Part shown: one piece after another, positions 34,581 through 43,486 of the stretch | Numbering within the stretch: position 1 is the stretch's first letter | Layout of the letters: each line of letters opens with the position of its first letter | Assembly: GCA_021814165.1 (NCBI GenBank) | Contig: JAKAIX010000002.1 | Coordinates: forward strand, 69,371 to 133,370 | DNA length: 64,000 nucleotides | Reading direction: 5' to 3' | Source of the DNA: a bacterium | Lineage (GTDB): Bacteria; Patescibacteriota; Minisyncoccia; UBA6257; GWB1-50-10 | Program-made: the position numbers and the translations under genes | Notes under the pieces: generated by a model | Database searches by the model: none | Told to the model about the DNA's origin: nothing | The model's input: only the letters and a program-made list of their open reading frames with translations

Positions 34581-34774
34581 TGTGCCCTCGATAGGAAGCA
34601 AACGTCGCTTCGCTCCTTGAGAACCCTCGGTTCTCAACGGGCTTCGCCCTGCTCTCCTACACGGGAGACCAGCGTGTTCTCCCTGCCTGCGCAGGCGGGC
34701 CGACCCCACTCCTGTTCGATTCCTTTGAGAAAAAATCAAAAATCCCCAGGACAAGCCCGGGGACTTTTGATTTG
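34581..34774. other. Structured GC-rich segment bounded by a 17-nt imperfect direct repeat of the tRNA-Arg 3' end (TGTGCCCTCGAYAGGAA at 34581-34597 and 34773-34789)
   Basis: Contains the hairpin TTGAGAACC-CTC-GGTTCTCAA, a family-A core variant CCTGCCTGCGCAGGCGGG, and a terminator-like hairpin ATCAAAAGTCCCC...GGGGATTTTTGAT. Confidence 0.5.
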
Positions 34775-34846
34775 TGCCCTCGACAGGAATCGAACCTGTA
34801 TCTTCTCCTTCGGAGGGAGATATTCTATCCATTGGACTACGAGGGC
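34775..34846 (-). tRNA. tRNA-Arg (anticodon CCG)
   Basis: Minus-strand sequence GCCCTCGTAGTCCAATGGATAGAATATCTCCCTCCGAAGGAGAAGATACAGGTTCGATTCCTGTCGAGGGCA. The anticodon loop is CT-CCG-AA and the T-arm is ACAGG-TTCGATT-CCTGT. Confidence 0.8.
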
Positions 34847-34887
34847 TCCCTTCCTAAACAAAAATTACCACAAAGATGGGTGGTTTG

Positions 34888-36180
34888 CTAACCATTTCCC
34901 TGCTTCTGCCCCAGGCCCAGAAGCAGGCCTGCGGAGAGCCAAAACATAAGCTGGCCCGCCTCTAAATCCCACATGAAGTGGTCTACGAGACCGAAGAGAA
35001 GGAGGCCGCCAAAAAGCACGCTCACCACGAAAATCTCGTGGGTCTTCTCTTCTCCCTTTGTTTCCTTGAAGCGCCTGAATGCGGAGCGAAATACAAGGAA
35101 TAAAAAGACAAGGAACGCCGAGACGCCCGCAATCCCGCTCTCCGTCGCTACTAAAATGTACAGGTTATGAATCGGCTGTTCTTGCCACGAAAGCGAGAGG
35201 CCCTGTTCGCCGTACAATCCTTCGTGTGCGGCGGTCAGAATCTGATTTCCCCACCCAACGCCGAAGGGGTGACGAAGAAGAAGTTCGGCACCGATCGTAT
35301 TGTACCGTACCCGATGATCTACCGAAGGCTCCTCGGCGGTGAAGTGCGCGCGGGGAAACACTAGCCACCCGAACTGGATAAGAAGCGCTGCGAGCGTTAT
35401 CACCACGACACAGAAAAGGAAAAATGCACGGGAGCGAAGCGGTTTTTTTAGAAAACCATATAAAAGAAGTGCGGCGACGCTTAGTGCCGCGACGATCCAT
35501 CCCGATCGGGAGAAAGTAAGAAGAAGGCCGCCAAGAAGAATAAAAACACAGATTCCGAGAGACGTATTTTCCCATCGTTTCTTGTCTCCCAAAAACAGAA
35601 GTCCGATCGCCGCGACGATTCCCATTACAAAGAGTGCCGCGAGAATATTCGCGTGCGGCATCGTGCCGTAGATACGGAGGAACGAGAGGTCACCGACACT
35701 TACCCTCGCAACACCCTTCGTAAGCGAGGTGATGAATGATTCCCCAAAGAGGTGCAGTCCCACGCTCGCCTGCGCGCCGAACTGGAAGAACCCCACAACA
35801 CCCTGAAGCATGGAGGAGATTACGAGAAGCCATAAAATTATTCTGAGCTCAATGGTTCCTTTTCGGAGAAGCGCCGCGACGGCGAGCGCGAAAAGGAGGA
35901 AAAGGAGAAGGTGAATCCATTTGTAAACAATAAGCCACGGGTCGGAAGACCAAAAGACCGGAAGAAGCCCCAGGAGAGAGAAAGCAAGAAGGAGTTTCGT
36001 GATAGCGTCCCGTTTAATCGCGCGCACGCCCCACGCCGCGAGAAAAAACACAAGAAGGATATCAATCCCGAAGAGGAAAATTGAATGATAATCGCTCACT
36101 CCCGGCGTAAAGGAGAAGAGATATTTTTTCGTCCCCACGGGGATCAAAAACGCGAGGACATATACAAACCAGGAACTCAT
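34888..36180 (-). CDS. O-antigen ligase / polymerase-like polytopic membrane protein
   Basis: 430 aa with more than 10 TM segments and a large periplasmic loop; the Wzy/WaaL-like topology is a tentative call. Confidence 0.4.
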   Translation of the reverse strand: MSSWFVYVLAFLIPVGTKKYLFSFTPGVSDYHSIFLFGIDILLVFFLAAWGVRAIKRDAITKLLLAFSLLGLLPVFWSSDPWLIVYKWIHLLLFLLFALAVAALLRKGTIELRIILWLLVISSMLQGVVGFFQFGAQASVGLHLFGESFITSLTKGVARVSVGDLSFLRIYGTMPHANILAALFVMGIVAAIGLLFLGDKKRWENTSLGICVFILLGGLLLTFSRSGWIVAALSVAALLLYGFLKKPLRSRAFFLFCVVVITLAALLIQFGWLVFPRAHFTAEEPSVDHRVRYNTIGAELLLRHPFGVGWGNQILTAAHEGLYGEQGLSLSWQEQPIHNLYILVATESGIAGVSAFLVFLFLVFRSAFRRFKETKGEEKTHEIFVVSVLFGGLLLFGLVDHFMWDLEAGQLMFWLSAGLLLGLGQKQGNG

Positions 36181-36186
36181 ACGGGT

Positions 36187-37302
36187 TTATAGTACCACGC
36201 GCGCCACCTCATAAAAGAGTGCCGCAGCAAAAACGAAATAAAGCGAGAAGCTCAGTGCCCTTAAGCGGTGCGAGGGGAAGGCCTTCTGCCACATTCGCAC
36301 AATGAACATACCCTCGAAGGCGAGAAATACGCTCCCCGTGAAGGCCACTAGCTCGAGAAACGTCCCGATGCCGGAAACATAGAAGAGAAGTGGCACAAAA
36401 AGCACGAGAAGCGAGCTCCATGAGGGGCGCACTTTAAGATCGCTCCGAAGAAGATCCTTCACGTTAAGACCTATCATGAAATACGATGTCCAGAGAGCTA
36501 GAAACCCAACAATGCCGAGACCTACGAGAAGCGTCTGTGGAAGCCCGGAAAAACCGCTTAGGGCGTCGGTTGTAACGTTCGGATTGATGCGCAATACCGC
36601 AAACACAAATACGAGATATGTAAGAAGCGGCGCGATCGTGCCGAGCATGATTGCGTTTTTGAGTTTGAATCCGCGTCCCTCTTTTTTTGCAATGCGGTAC
36701 TCCTCCACCATTTTCGGAATCGCAGGCCTTCCGGAAAAAGAAAAAAGAAGTGGGCCAAAGGGGAGCAAGAGCACAATCCAATGGGACGGCGAAACAAAGA
36801 GAGGGGAAGAAACCGATCCTTCCCCCGCGCCGAGTATAAGAAAAATAATCCCCAGGATTCCCGCGATGCCGAACATCTCCGCAACGCCGAGAATAGAGAG
36901 CTCAACAAATATGAAAATCGACGACACGGCCCAAAAAACGATCCCTAAAGGAAGTCCGCTCCATCCGACAATAAGTTCCATAAACGAAGGTGCAAGCACG
37001 AGATAAATTGCGAGCGTAAATATCATCTCCCCCACAATTATGAAATCCGCCCAGATTCTTGCCCGCGGAGAAAAATAATGTTCGGCAAAATATACGAAAC
37101 GGTGGCTACCCTCGTGTCTTAAGCAAATAGCCGCGTACATGGAATGAATGCAGAAATATACAAAAGTAAAAAAGAGAAGATAGAAAAAGCCGAGCACAAG
37201 CCCGACTTTCGAGACGACGTACGGCAGGGAAAAAATCCCCGCGCCAATAATCGTCCCCGCAAGGAGTCCTGAGGAGAGAACGGCGTTCGCGTTCAGGCGC
37301 AT
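36187..37302 (-). CDS. Amino acid permease-like transporter (HAAAP / TnaB-Mtr-TyrP-like)
   Basis: The N-terminal GTIIGAGIFSLP motif resembles the HAAAP signature. About 11 TM segments. Confidence 0.4.
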   Translation of the reverse strand: MRLNANAVLSSGLLAGTIIGAGIFSLPYVVSKVGLVLGFFYLLFFTFVYFCIHSMYAAICLRHEGSHRFVYFAEHYFSPRARIWADFIIVGEMIFTLAIYLVLAPSFMELIVGWSGLPLGIVFWAVSSIFIFVELSILGVAEMFGIAGILGIIFLILGAGEGSVSSPLFVSPSHWIVLLLPFGPLLFSFSGRPAIPKMVEEYRIAKKEGRGFKLKNAIMLGTIAPLLTYLVFVFAVLRINPNVTTDALSGFSGLPQTLLVGLGIVGFLALWTSYFMIGLNVKDLLRSDLKVRPSWSSLLVLFVPLLFYVSGIGTFLELVAFTGSVFLAFEGMFIVRMWQKAFPSHRLRALSFSLYFVFAAALFYEVARVVL

Positions 37303-37309
37303 GGAATTA

Positions 37310-37954
37310 TCAAATAATACGCCCGTTCACGCCGTTCTTGCGCTCTTCTTCGTGAATAACATCGAGTACCAGATCAATGAGTGTTGAGGGGTCTTTTGAA
37401 AACACCACTTTCCCTAGGCCGCGATGCGCTCCTTCGAGTATCCCCTTTATCATGTCCGCGGTGCCTCCCGTACCTTCAAGCACGCCCTGGGGCTTTTGAT
37501 CTTCGAATGCAACCGTAAATTCGTTCAGGGTTCCGGTGCGACCGCACACCGTGATAACCGCGTCCGCCGATCGGGTAAGAAGAAGGTTTCTGCCCGCGTA
37601 ATCGAAGCCGGTATAAATGATAATATCGTGATAATCAAGCGGTAAGTGGTAGGTTTTTACGTGCGCGAGCTTTGAGGCGGCCGGCGAAAGTCCCACCACA
37701 AAACCCCCTTCCTCTTTCGCGCCTTTCGCGGCCCAGTACGGCAGCCCAATAGTGGCGCCCGTCACGAGAATGAGCCCGCGTCGCGCGATCTCTCTTCCTA
37801 AGGCCTCCGCTTTTTCCGCGGCATCCTTCGCACAATGCCCCGTCTCTGCGGCGCCCGACACGCAAATTTTATACTTCAGGTGATACCCAAAATGGTGAGC
37901 GTGAGACTTTGCTTCGGGTTGCTTCTTCGCCGCGATATTCTTTTTCTTCTGCAT
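37310..37954 (-). CDS. LOG / TIGR00725-family protein (Rossmann-like, cytokinin riboside 5'-monophosphate phosphoribohydrolase family)
   Basis: Family-typical motifs GLILVTGATIGLPYWAAKGA and VCGRTGTLNEF. Confidence 0.55.
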   Translation of the reverse strand: MQKKKNIAAKKQPEAKSHAHHFGYHLKYKICVSGAAETGHCAKDAAEKAEALGREIARRGLILVTGATIGLPYWAAKGAKEEGGFVVGLSPAASKLAHVKTYHLPLDYHDIIIYTGFDYAGRNLLLTRSADAVITVCGRTGTLNEFTVAFEDQKPQGVLEGTGGTADMIKGILEGAHRGLGKVVFSKDPSTLIDLVLDVIHEEERKNGVNGRII

Positions 37955-37972
37955 ATATTTATTGTGCGTTTA

Positions 37973-39328
37973 TTATAACACCACCGATTCTCCGAACAAA
38001 GGGACTTCCGCCGCAATCACGAGTTCATCTTTTATCTTTTGTGCGAGCGCTTCAGATTCTTCCTTGTCTCCTTGCACCACAAAGATTTTTTTTACGTGCG
38101 GACGCATCGCTTCCGCCCATTTCATAAGTTGCAGCTGATCGGCGTGCGCCGAATACCCGGAGATGGTTTTAATATGGCACCGCACCGGCACCGTTTTCTT
38201 CTCTATTACGACAGACGACGCCCCGTCCTGAAGCGCGCGCCCGAGCGACCCCGTCGCCTGATATCCGACAATAAGAAGGGTGCTCCTCGGGTCGGGAAGA
38301 TAACGCACTTCATGATGGAGGATCCGCCCGCCGTTCGACATTCCCGCCCCCGCGATTATGATCTTGGGCGGCGGTACGTCGTTAATCTTCTTCGACTCCT
38401 CCTTGGTTGCCGTTTGAATGAGGCCGGGGAAATCAAAAATGCCGTCTCCCTTCCCCGCAAGACGGATCGTTTCTTCGTTGAAGTAGTCGGGATCGTTCAT
38501 GTATTTCTTATACACTTCGGTGAGCCTGATCGCGAGCGGGCTGTCGACATACACGGGTGTCTTTGGAATGCGTTTTCCCTCCACGAGTTCGTTCAGTTCA
38601 AATATCATTTCCTGCGTGCGCTCCATCGCGAACGCGGGGATCATAAGAACTCCGCCGTCACGCACGGTATCTTCTATCACGTCTTCCATCATGTTCTTCC
38701 GTTCTTCCGGGTGTTCATGAATGCGGTTCCCGTACGCGGATTCGATGAGCGCGTAATCGACGTCGCCAAAATACTCAATCGGCTTGATAAGAGGCGCGGG
38801 AGTATTTCCGAGATCTCCCGAGAACACGATTTTCTTTCCTTCGGCGGTAATGAGAATCGAACTCGATCCCAAAACATGTCCCGCATCATAAAACTCAACC
38901 GCCACGTCGCCTAAGGAGAGTGGCGCGTGGTATCTTGCGGTCTGCCAGTACATCATCGCCTCCTTCACGTCGTCTTCGGTATAGAGATGTGGAATTCCTT
39001 TAAGGTCCGCTTCCTTGCCGAGTACGTGTTCCGAGTCGAGAAGAAGGAGTTCCGCGATTTCTTTCGTGGGTGGCGTTGAAACAATCATACCGCGGAAACC
39101 CGCCTTCACGAGCTGCGGAATTCGTCCTACATGATCGATGTGCGCGTGCGTTACGAAAACCGCGTCAATCTCCGCGGGATCATAAGAGAACGGCCTGAGA
39201 TTTGTTTCGGAGGCGAACTCCTCCCCTTGCTCAAGGCCACAATCGACGAGTATCTTCTTTCCGCCTGTTTCGAGGAGATAATTCGCCCCTGTCACGGTTC
39301 CCGCCCCTCCGTAAAATGTGAGTTTCAT
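37973..39328 (-). CDS. MBL-fold beta-CASP ribonuclease (second RNase J / CPSF-like paralog)
   Basis: Starts MKLTFYGGAGTVTG, has the HAHIDHVGRIP motif and a beta-CASP C-terminal region. I chose the start at 39328 to avoid overlap with the upstream gene. Confidence 0.6.
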   Translation of the reverse strand: MKLTFYGGAGTVTGANYLLETGGKKILVDCGLEQGEEFASETNLRPFSYDPAEIDAVFVTHAHIDHVGRIPQLVKAGFRGMIVSTPPTKEIAELLLLDSEHVLGKEADLKGIPHLYTEDDVKEAMMYWQTARYHAPLSLGDVAVEFYDAGHVLGSSSILITAEGKKIVFSGDLGNTPAPLIKPIEYFGDVDYALIESAYGNRIHEHPEERKNMMEDVIEDTVRDGGVLMIPAFAMERTQEMIFELNELVEGKRIPKTPVYVDSPLAIRLTEVYKKYMNDPDYFNEETIRLAGKGDGIFDFPGLIQTATKEESKKINDVPPPKIIIAGAGMSNGGRILHHEVRYLPDPRSTLLIVGYQATGSLGRALQDGASSVVIEKKTVPVRCHIKTISGYSAHADQLQLMKWAEAMRPHVKKIFVVQGDKEESEALAQKIKDELVIAAEVPLFGESVVL

Positions 39329-40605
39329 TTGGTGTGTAATAATTCTTCCGTAATCTCCCGTTCGTTCCACGGAATTTTCTTTCCGTGCGCAAGACGTATC
39401 GAGCTTTCGCTCCCCTTCCCAGTCATAATAACCACATCCCCTTCTTTCGCAAGTGAGATCGCTTTTTGTATCGCTTCTCTTCTGTCCAAAATTTTCCAGT
39501 AGTTTTTCGAAATTTGAAATTTGGCACCTGGAATTCGTGAAAATCCCGCTTCAATATCGTCTATTATTGCCGCCGGGTCTTCATCAAAGGGGTCTTCGTT
39601 TGTGAGAATTAAGAGCTCGCATTTCTTTGCGGCTATTTTCCCCATCTGCGGCCTCTTCCATTTATCCCTTCCCCCGCCCGCGGAGCCGAGTACGCAAATA
39701 AGCGATCCGTGTTTCCCGAATATTTCCTCGGGCCGGACGGCACTATAGGCCTTTTCGAGCGAGTCCGGCGTATGCGCATAATCGATTACAACCGCGAAAG
39801 GTTCCCGCTGTATGAATTCAAAGCGACCGGGTACGCCGCGAAATTCCCAAAGCGCTCTCATAAACGTCTTCCAAGGAATGTTTTGCGTTTTAGCAAACAC
39901 CCACGCGGCGGCGGCATTCACCATGTTAAAATCCGGCACGAACCACTCGTTCAGTGCGCGGCGTCCTTCCGCGCTCCGAAGATCGTTTCCGCACAAAGAC
40001 GCTTCTTGTAGAAGTGATCCGAGCGAAAACGGGAACAATTTCCCGTTCTTCGTCTCTCGCGCCGCTTCCGTAAAATACCCAGCGTTATCGTCGTCTTCGT
40101 TCACAAAGAAGTATTTTGTCGGCTTTCTTGACCTTGAAAGATATTTGAAAAACGAGACCTTCGCCGCGCGGTAATTCTCGAAAGATCCGTGCCGCTCAAT
40201 ATGTTCGGGGGCGATATTCAGAAACAACGCGGCATCCCAGTCGATGAAACGATGGCGGTGTTGCAATATTCCTTCGGACGTAACCTCAATAATCGCGTAT
40301 TCCGCGCCGGCACACACCGCATCGTGGAGAAATCTCTGGATCGCAAAACGGCCGGGCATCGTGTTGCCCGTCTTTCCTTTTGTGCTCTCGTACAGGATTT
40401 TTTTTCGCACCGATCCCAAAAGCGCGGTTTTTTTCTCCGCAGTTTCCAGCACCGCATTGAGAACTTCAACCGTACTCGATTTTCCTTTCGTTCCCGTTAC
40501 TCCTATTACAAAGAGCTTCCGCGAGGGGTGCCCGTACCACACACTTCCCGCCCACGCCATTAAAAAATGGTAAACCCTCTTGAGTCGCTCGTAACAATAT
40601 CCCAT
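39325..40605 (-). CDS. Mur ligase family protein (MurE/MurT-like; lacks a typical long N-terminal domain)
   Basis: P-loop IGVTGTKGKSST and VIDYAHTPDSL (Mur ligase middle/C-terminal motifs). 426 aa. Confidence 0.5.
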   Translation of the reverse strand: MGYCYERLKRVYHFLMAWAGSVWYGHPSRKLFVIGVTGTKGKSSTVEVLNAVLETAEKKTALLGSVRKKILYESTKGKTGNTMPGRFAIQRFLHDAVCAGAEYAIIEVTSEGILQHRHRFIDWDAALFLNIAPEHIERHGSFENYRAAKVSFFKYLSRSRKPTKYFFVNEDDDNAGYFTEAARETKNGKLFPFSLGSLLQEASLCGNDLRSAEGRRALNEWFVPDFNMVNAAAAWVFAKTQNIPWKTFMRALWEFRGVPGRFEFIQREPFAVVIDYAHTPDSLEKAYSAVRPEEIFGKHGSLICVLGSAGGGRDKWKRPQMGKIAAKKCELLILTNEDPFDEDPAAIIDDIEAGFSRIPGAKFQISKNYWKILDRREAIQKAISLAKEGDVVIMTGKGSESSIRLAHGKKIPWNEREITEELLHTK

Positions 40606-40611
40606 GGACCG

Positions 40612-41190
40612 TTAACGCTTCCCTAAAATCCTCAATGCCTGCCGCAGGCGGTCCTCAAGCGTCTCCGCTTCCGGCCCAACTTCTCCCAACGCCTTCCGTA
40701 TTTCTTGCCGTCCGTAGCCGAGCCCCGAAAGCGCGTCTTCAATCTCCATATTCGCACTTACCACCCGCCCCATTGCTTCGGCCTTGGGAAGAGCAATCCT
40801 GTTATTGAGATCGAGTATTATGCGTTCCGCGGTTTTCTTCCCGATACCGGAGGCGCGTGCGAGCACTTCGGTTTGTTTGTTTATGATGGCCGCCATCACA
40901 TGTTCCACCGTGTCGACGTCCAAGACCGAGAGGGCGGTCTTGGGACCTACGCCGGAGACGGAGATGAGAAACTCAAAAAGCTTGAGCGCTTCTTCCTCTG
41001 GAAATCCGTATAAATCAAGTTGGTCTTCGCGTACATAAAGATGACAAAAAAGCGCCACGTTTTCTCCTTCGTGAGGCAGGCGGGAAAACGTTCGTTCGTT
41101 CGTAAATATCTTAAATCCTATGCCTCCCGTTTTCACAACGAGGAAGTGGTCCTCGCGGCGCAAGAGCGTCCCTTCGACGGTGTAAACCAT
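40612..41190 (-). CDS. ruvA: Holliday junction DNA helicase RuvA
   Basis: The N-terminal OB domain, the tandem HhH region (VSGVGPKTALSVL...ASGIGKKTAERII) and the C-terminal domain are all typical of RuvA. Confidence 0.8.
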   Translation of the reverse strand: MVYTVEGTLLRREDHFLVVKTGGIGFKIFTNERTFSRLPHEGENVALFCHLYVREDQLDLYGFPEEEALKLFEFLISVSGVGPKTALSVLDVDTVEHVMAAIINKQTEVLARASGIGKKTAERIILDLNNRIALPKAEAMGRVVSANMEIEDALSGLGYGRQEIRKALGEVGPEAETLEDRLRQALRILGKR

Positions 41191-41372
41191 ATACGTTCAT
41201 TATAGGCCTAAATGCCAAATCAACAATAAAACCTAAAACGTTTTTCGATGCCGGTTGTCGGGTTTGGTTTGTATGAGACGTTTGAACCGTGCTATTTCAA
41301 AAACAATTCGAGCTGATACATCCGTTTCTAAAAATTGACAACGGCTCCTGGACCCCATATTATATCTCTACT

Positions 41373-41648
41373 ATGCCTATTACGAAATCGGCACAAAAGG
41401 CCCATCGACAGACCGCACGCAGACGAAAGCGGAATCTTCTGAGAAAAAAGAAGATGCTTTCTTCTATTAAGGAGTTTAAAAAACTCGCCGCAACGGGCGA
41501 TCCGAAAGCAAACGAAAAACTCCCCTCACTCTACAAAACCATCGATAAAATGAAGAAGGTGAAGCTTATTAAGCGCGGGAGAGCGAATCGGTTGAAATCG
41601 CGCCTCACGAAAAAGCTACGCGCCGGCTCCAAGGAGCACAAATCGTAA
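41373..41648 (+). CDS. rpsT: Ribosomal protein S20
   Basis: MPITKSAQKAHRQTARRRKRNLLRKKKM... I chose the start at 41373, the internal Met that matches S20. Confidence 0.8.
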   Translation: MPITKSAQKAHRQTARRRKRNLLRKKKMLSSIKEFKKLAATGDPKANEKLPSLYKTIDKMKKVKLIKRGRANRLKSRLTKKLRAGSKEHKS

Positions 41649-42434
41649 CAGCGCCTCCTCGTACTCCATTTTCCCGCTCTTTACCGCCACGTCGTAATCG
41701 GCGAGGGCGATGAGTTCGTTCCCGCGAGCCCCGTAGGCGAGTGAATTGAAAATATAAGCCCCCGCTTCGCGCTGAAGGAACAGGCGCTCAAGGAGCGATA
41801 TCCGCTCTTTCCAGTTCCGCGTTGAGAGCATTTCCCTTGTTACGCGGAACACTTCAAATTTCAGAGAGTAGTTGATATATCTCCCAAGCTCCGCTCGCGA
41901 GAGCGGTTTTCCGTTTCCAAGAAGCGAGAGTTTATCGAGCTCCGTGACCGCAACCCAACTGCGTTCTTCCGCTGCGTCGAGAGACTCGAGAAAGAAGCGA
42001 AGCGCGTCCGGAGCGAGCTCGACTTCTCTCGCCTTCATTTCCTCGCGCACAAACACCTCAAGAAGTCGTCCTCCGAGAGTCTTGAATTCCTGGGTGCGTA
42101 CCGGCGACTCAAGAAGAAAGCGGAAATCCTTGAGCGGCCCTTTTTCTTCAGAAAGAATAAGAAAGATCTTCTTGTTTTCCAAAAAAGATTTTATGGTTTT
42201 TACCCATTCTTTTTCTTTCGTTTCGCCGGGATTTTTCACCACGGCAACCTTCGAATCCACGAACATTGAGGGCTGGTTTAGAAAATCCCTTACTTTTTCC
42301 CAATCCTTCGGTTCGTCCTCAAGGTCGACCGAATAAAGATCAAGGCTGGGGTACTTCTTTTTGTATTCGGAAAGGAGCGCTCCGAGCTTTTTCTGGCGCC
42401 TATAGGAATCAGGTCCGTAAAGGTAAATAACCAT
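41616..42434 (-). CDS. holA: DNA polymerase III delta subunit-like (HolA, short form)
   Basis: N-terminus MVIYLYGPDSYRRQKKLGALL..., an AAA-lid-like middle region, and the usual holA-rpsT neighbourhood. Its 3' end overlaps rpsT by 33 bp in convergent orientation. Confidence 0.5.
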   Translation of the reverse strand: MVIYLYGPDSYRRQKKLGALLSEYKKKYPSLDLYSVDLEDEPKDWEKVRDFLNQPSMFVDSKVAVVKNPGETKEKEWVKTIKSFLENKKIFLILSEEKGPLKDFRFLLESPVRTQEFKTLGGRLLEVFVREEMKAREVELAPDALRFFLESLDAAEERSWVAVTELDKLSLLGNGKPLSRAELGRYINYSLKFEVFRVTREMLSTRNWKERISLLERLFLQREAGAYIFNSLAYGARGNELIALADYDVAVKSGKMEYEEALLRFVLLGAGA

Positions 42435-42509
42435 AGAGATATTATAAAGAGGTTTGGTATAACCTCAAACAGCCGACCCGTAGTTGGTTGATTAACTACG
42501 GGCCTTAAA

Positions 42510-43277
42510 CTAATAGGTATTTCTAATAATGGAGGGGGTGAGCAATATTTGCACAGCACGGGGGGTATTGTTCGTCCAAACAGAAAAACTAGAACCTGAC
42601 CACCCTACTTCTCTTCCTCTGTCACTATACACGAATTTAACAGGAATTGTTCCATTAACTTGGAGCACGTTTTCATAGGGAAGGGTTATGTCTTCCATGC
42701 TTGAGACGTGAACGCTGTGACCAGTTCCGAGTTTTGCTTCTACAGCAAAATATGTACAGTTTATAAACTGTACATATACCGTTGTCCCCAAAGAAGTTCC
42801 TGGAAAATCAATTTCCTTATCCTTAGGGAGGTCGGGTGCCCCATATGGAGATACTCCATAATAATTATAAAGAGAGTATCTTCCGTCTGGGTAATAAACC
42901 TGCGTGACGATCCACTCTCCTAACTGGTTTTCGCGAAAGTTTGGCGCCCCGAACGCGACACCAATTCTTCTCCCGGTAGCGTCGAGCATCCACCCAACAA
43001 ATGGGTACTGCTCCCCGTCGAATTTCACAGAATGTGTTCCCCACGCAAATCCTCCTGGGGGAATAGAGCCTACCGGTTTTCCCAACGCCGAAATACTGGT
43101 GGTAAAGGGTGTCGGGTTAAAAATTGTAACCCTCTCCTTCGCTAAACCAAAAAGATTTAATATGGTTTTTGCCGGCGAAGGAATGGTAACCTGCATGGTT
43201 GTCTGCGCAAGTGAAACGACGGAAAATACAAGGGCAAGAATTATTGTTTTTTTCAACTTCTCATCTCCTCCAGTCAA
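42510..43277 (-). CDS. Hypothetical secreted protein
   Basis: Signal-like N-terminus ...KKTIILALVFSVVSLAQT; beta-rich; not recognised. Confidence 0.4.
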   Translation of the reverse strand: MTGGDEKLKKTIILALVFSVVSLAQTTMQVTIPSPAKTILNLFGLAKERVTIFNPTPFTTSISALGKPVGSIPPGGFAWGTHSVKFDGEQYPFVGWMLDATGRRIGVAFGAPNFRENQLGEWIVTQVYYPDGRYSLYNYYGVSPYGAPDLPKDKEIDFPGTSLGTTVYVQFINCTYFAVEAKLGTGHSVHVSSMEDITLPYENVLQVNGTIPVKFVYSDRGREVGWSGSSFSVWTNNTPRAVQILLTPSIIRNTY

Positions 43278-43486
43278 ACGACTGGCTTTTGTTTTAAAAT
43301 AAGTCGAGTTAAACTCTTATTTTCTGAGCAAATTATACATAAAATTTACATCTATGTCAAACTCACTTACGGCTCAATATTAGAAGACCCGGCCTCAGTG
43401 GGGGGGCGGGGCCTTCTTTCATCACTCGGCTTCAAGTGATGGTTTTCTTCTTGTGAGCGTCAAAAAAACGCTCTACACTTATAGAA

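Noticed and set aside
34581-34597. Second tRNA gene upstream of tRNA-Arg
   Set aside because: Only the 3'-terminal 15-17 nt of the tRNA are duplicated. No D-arm, anticodon arm or T-arm can be folded from the intervening sequence on either strand.
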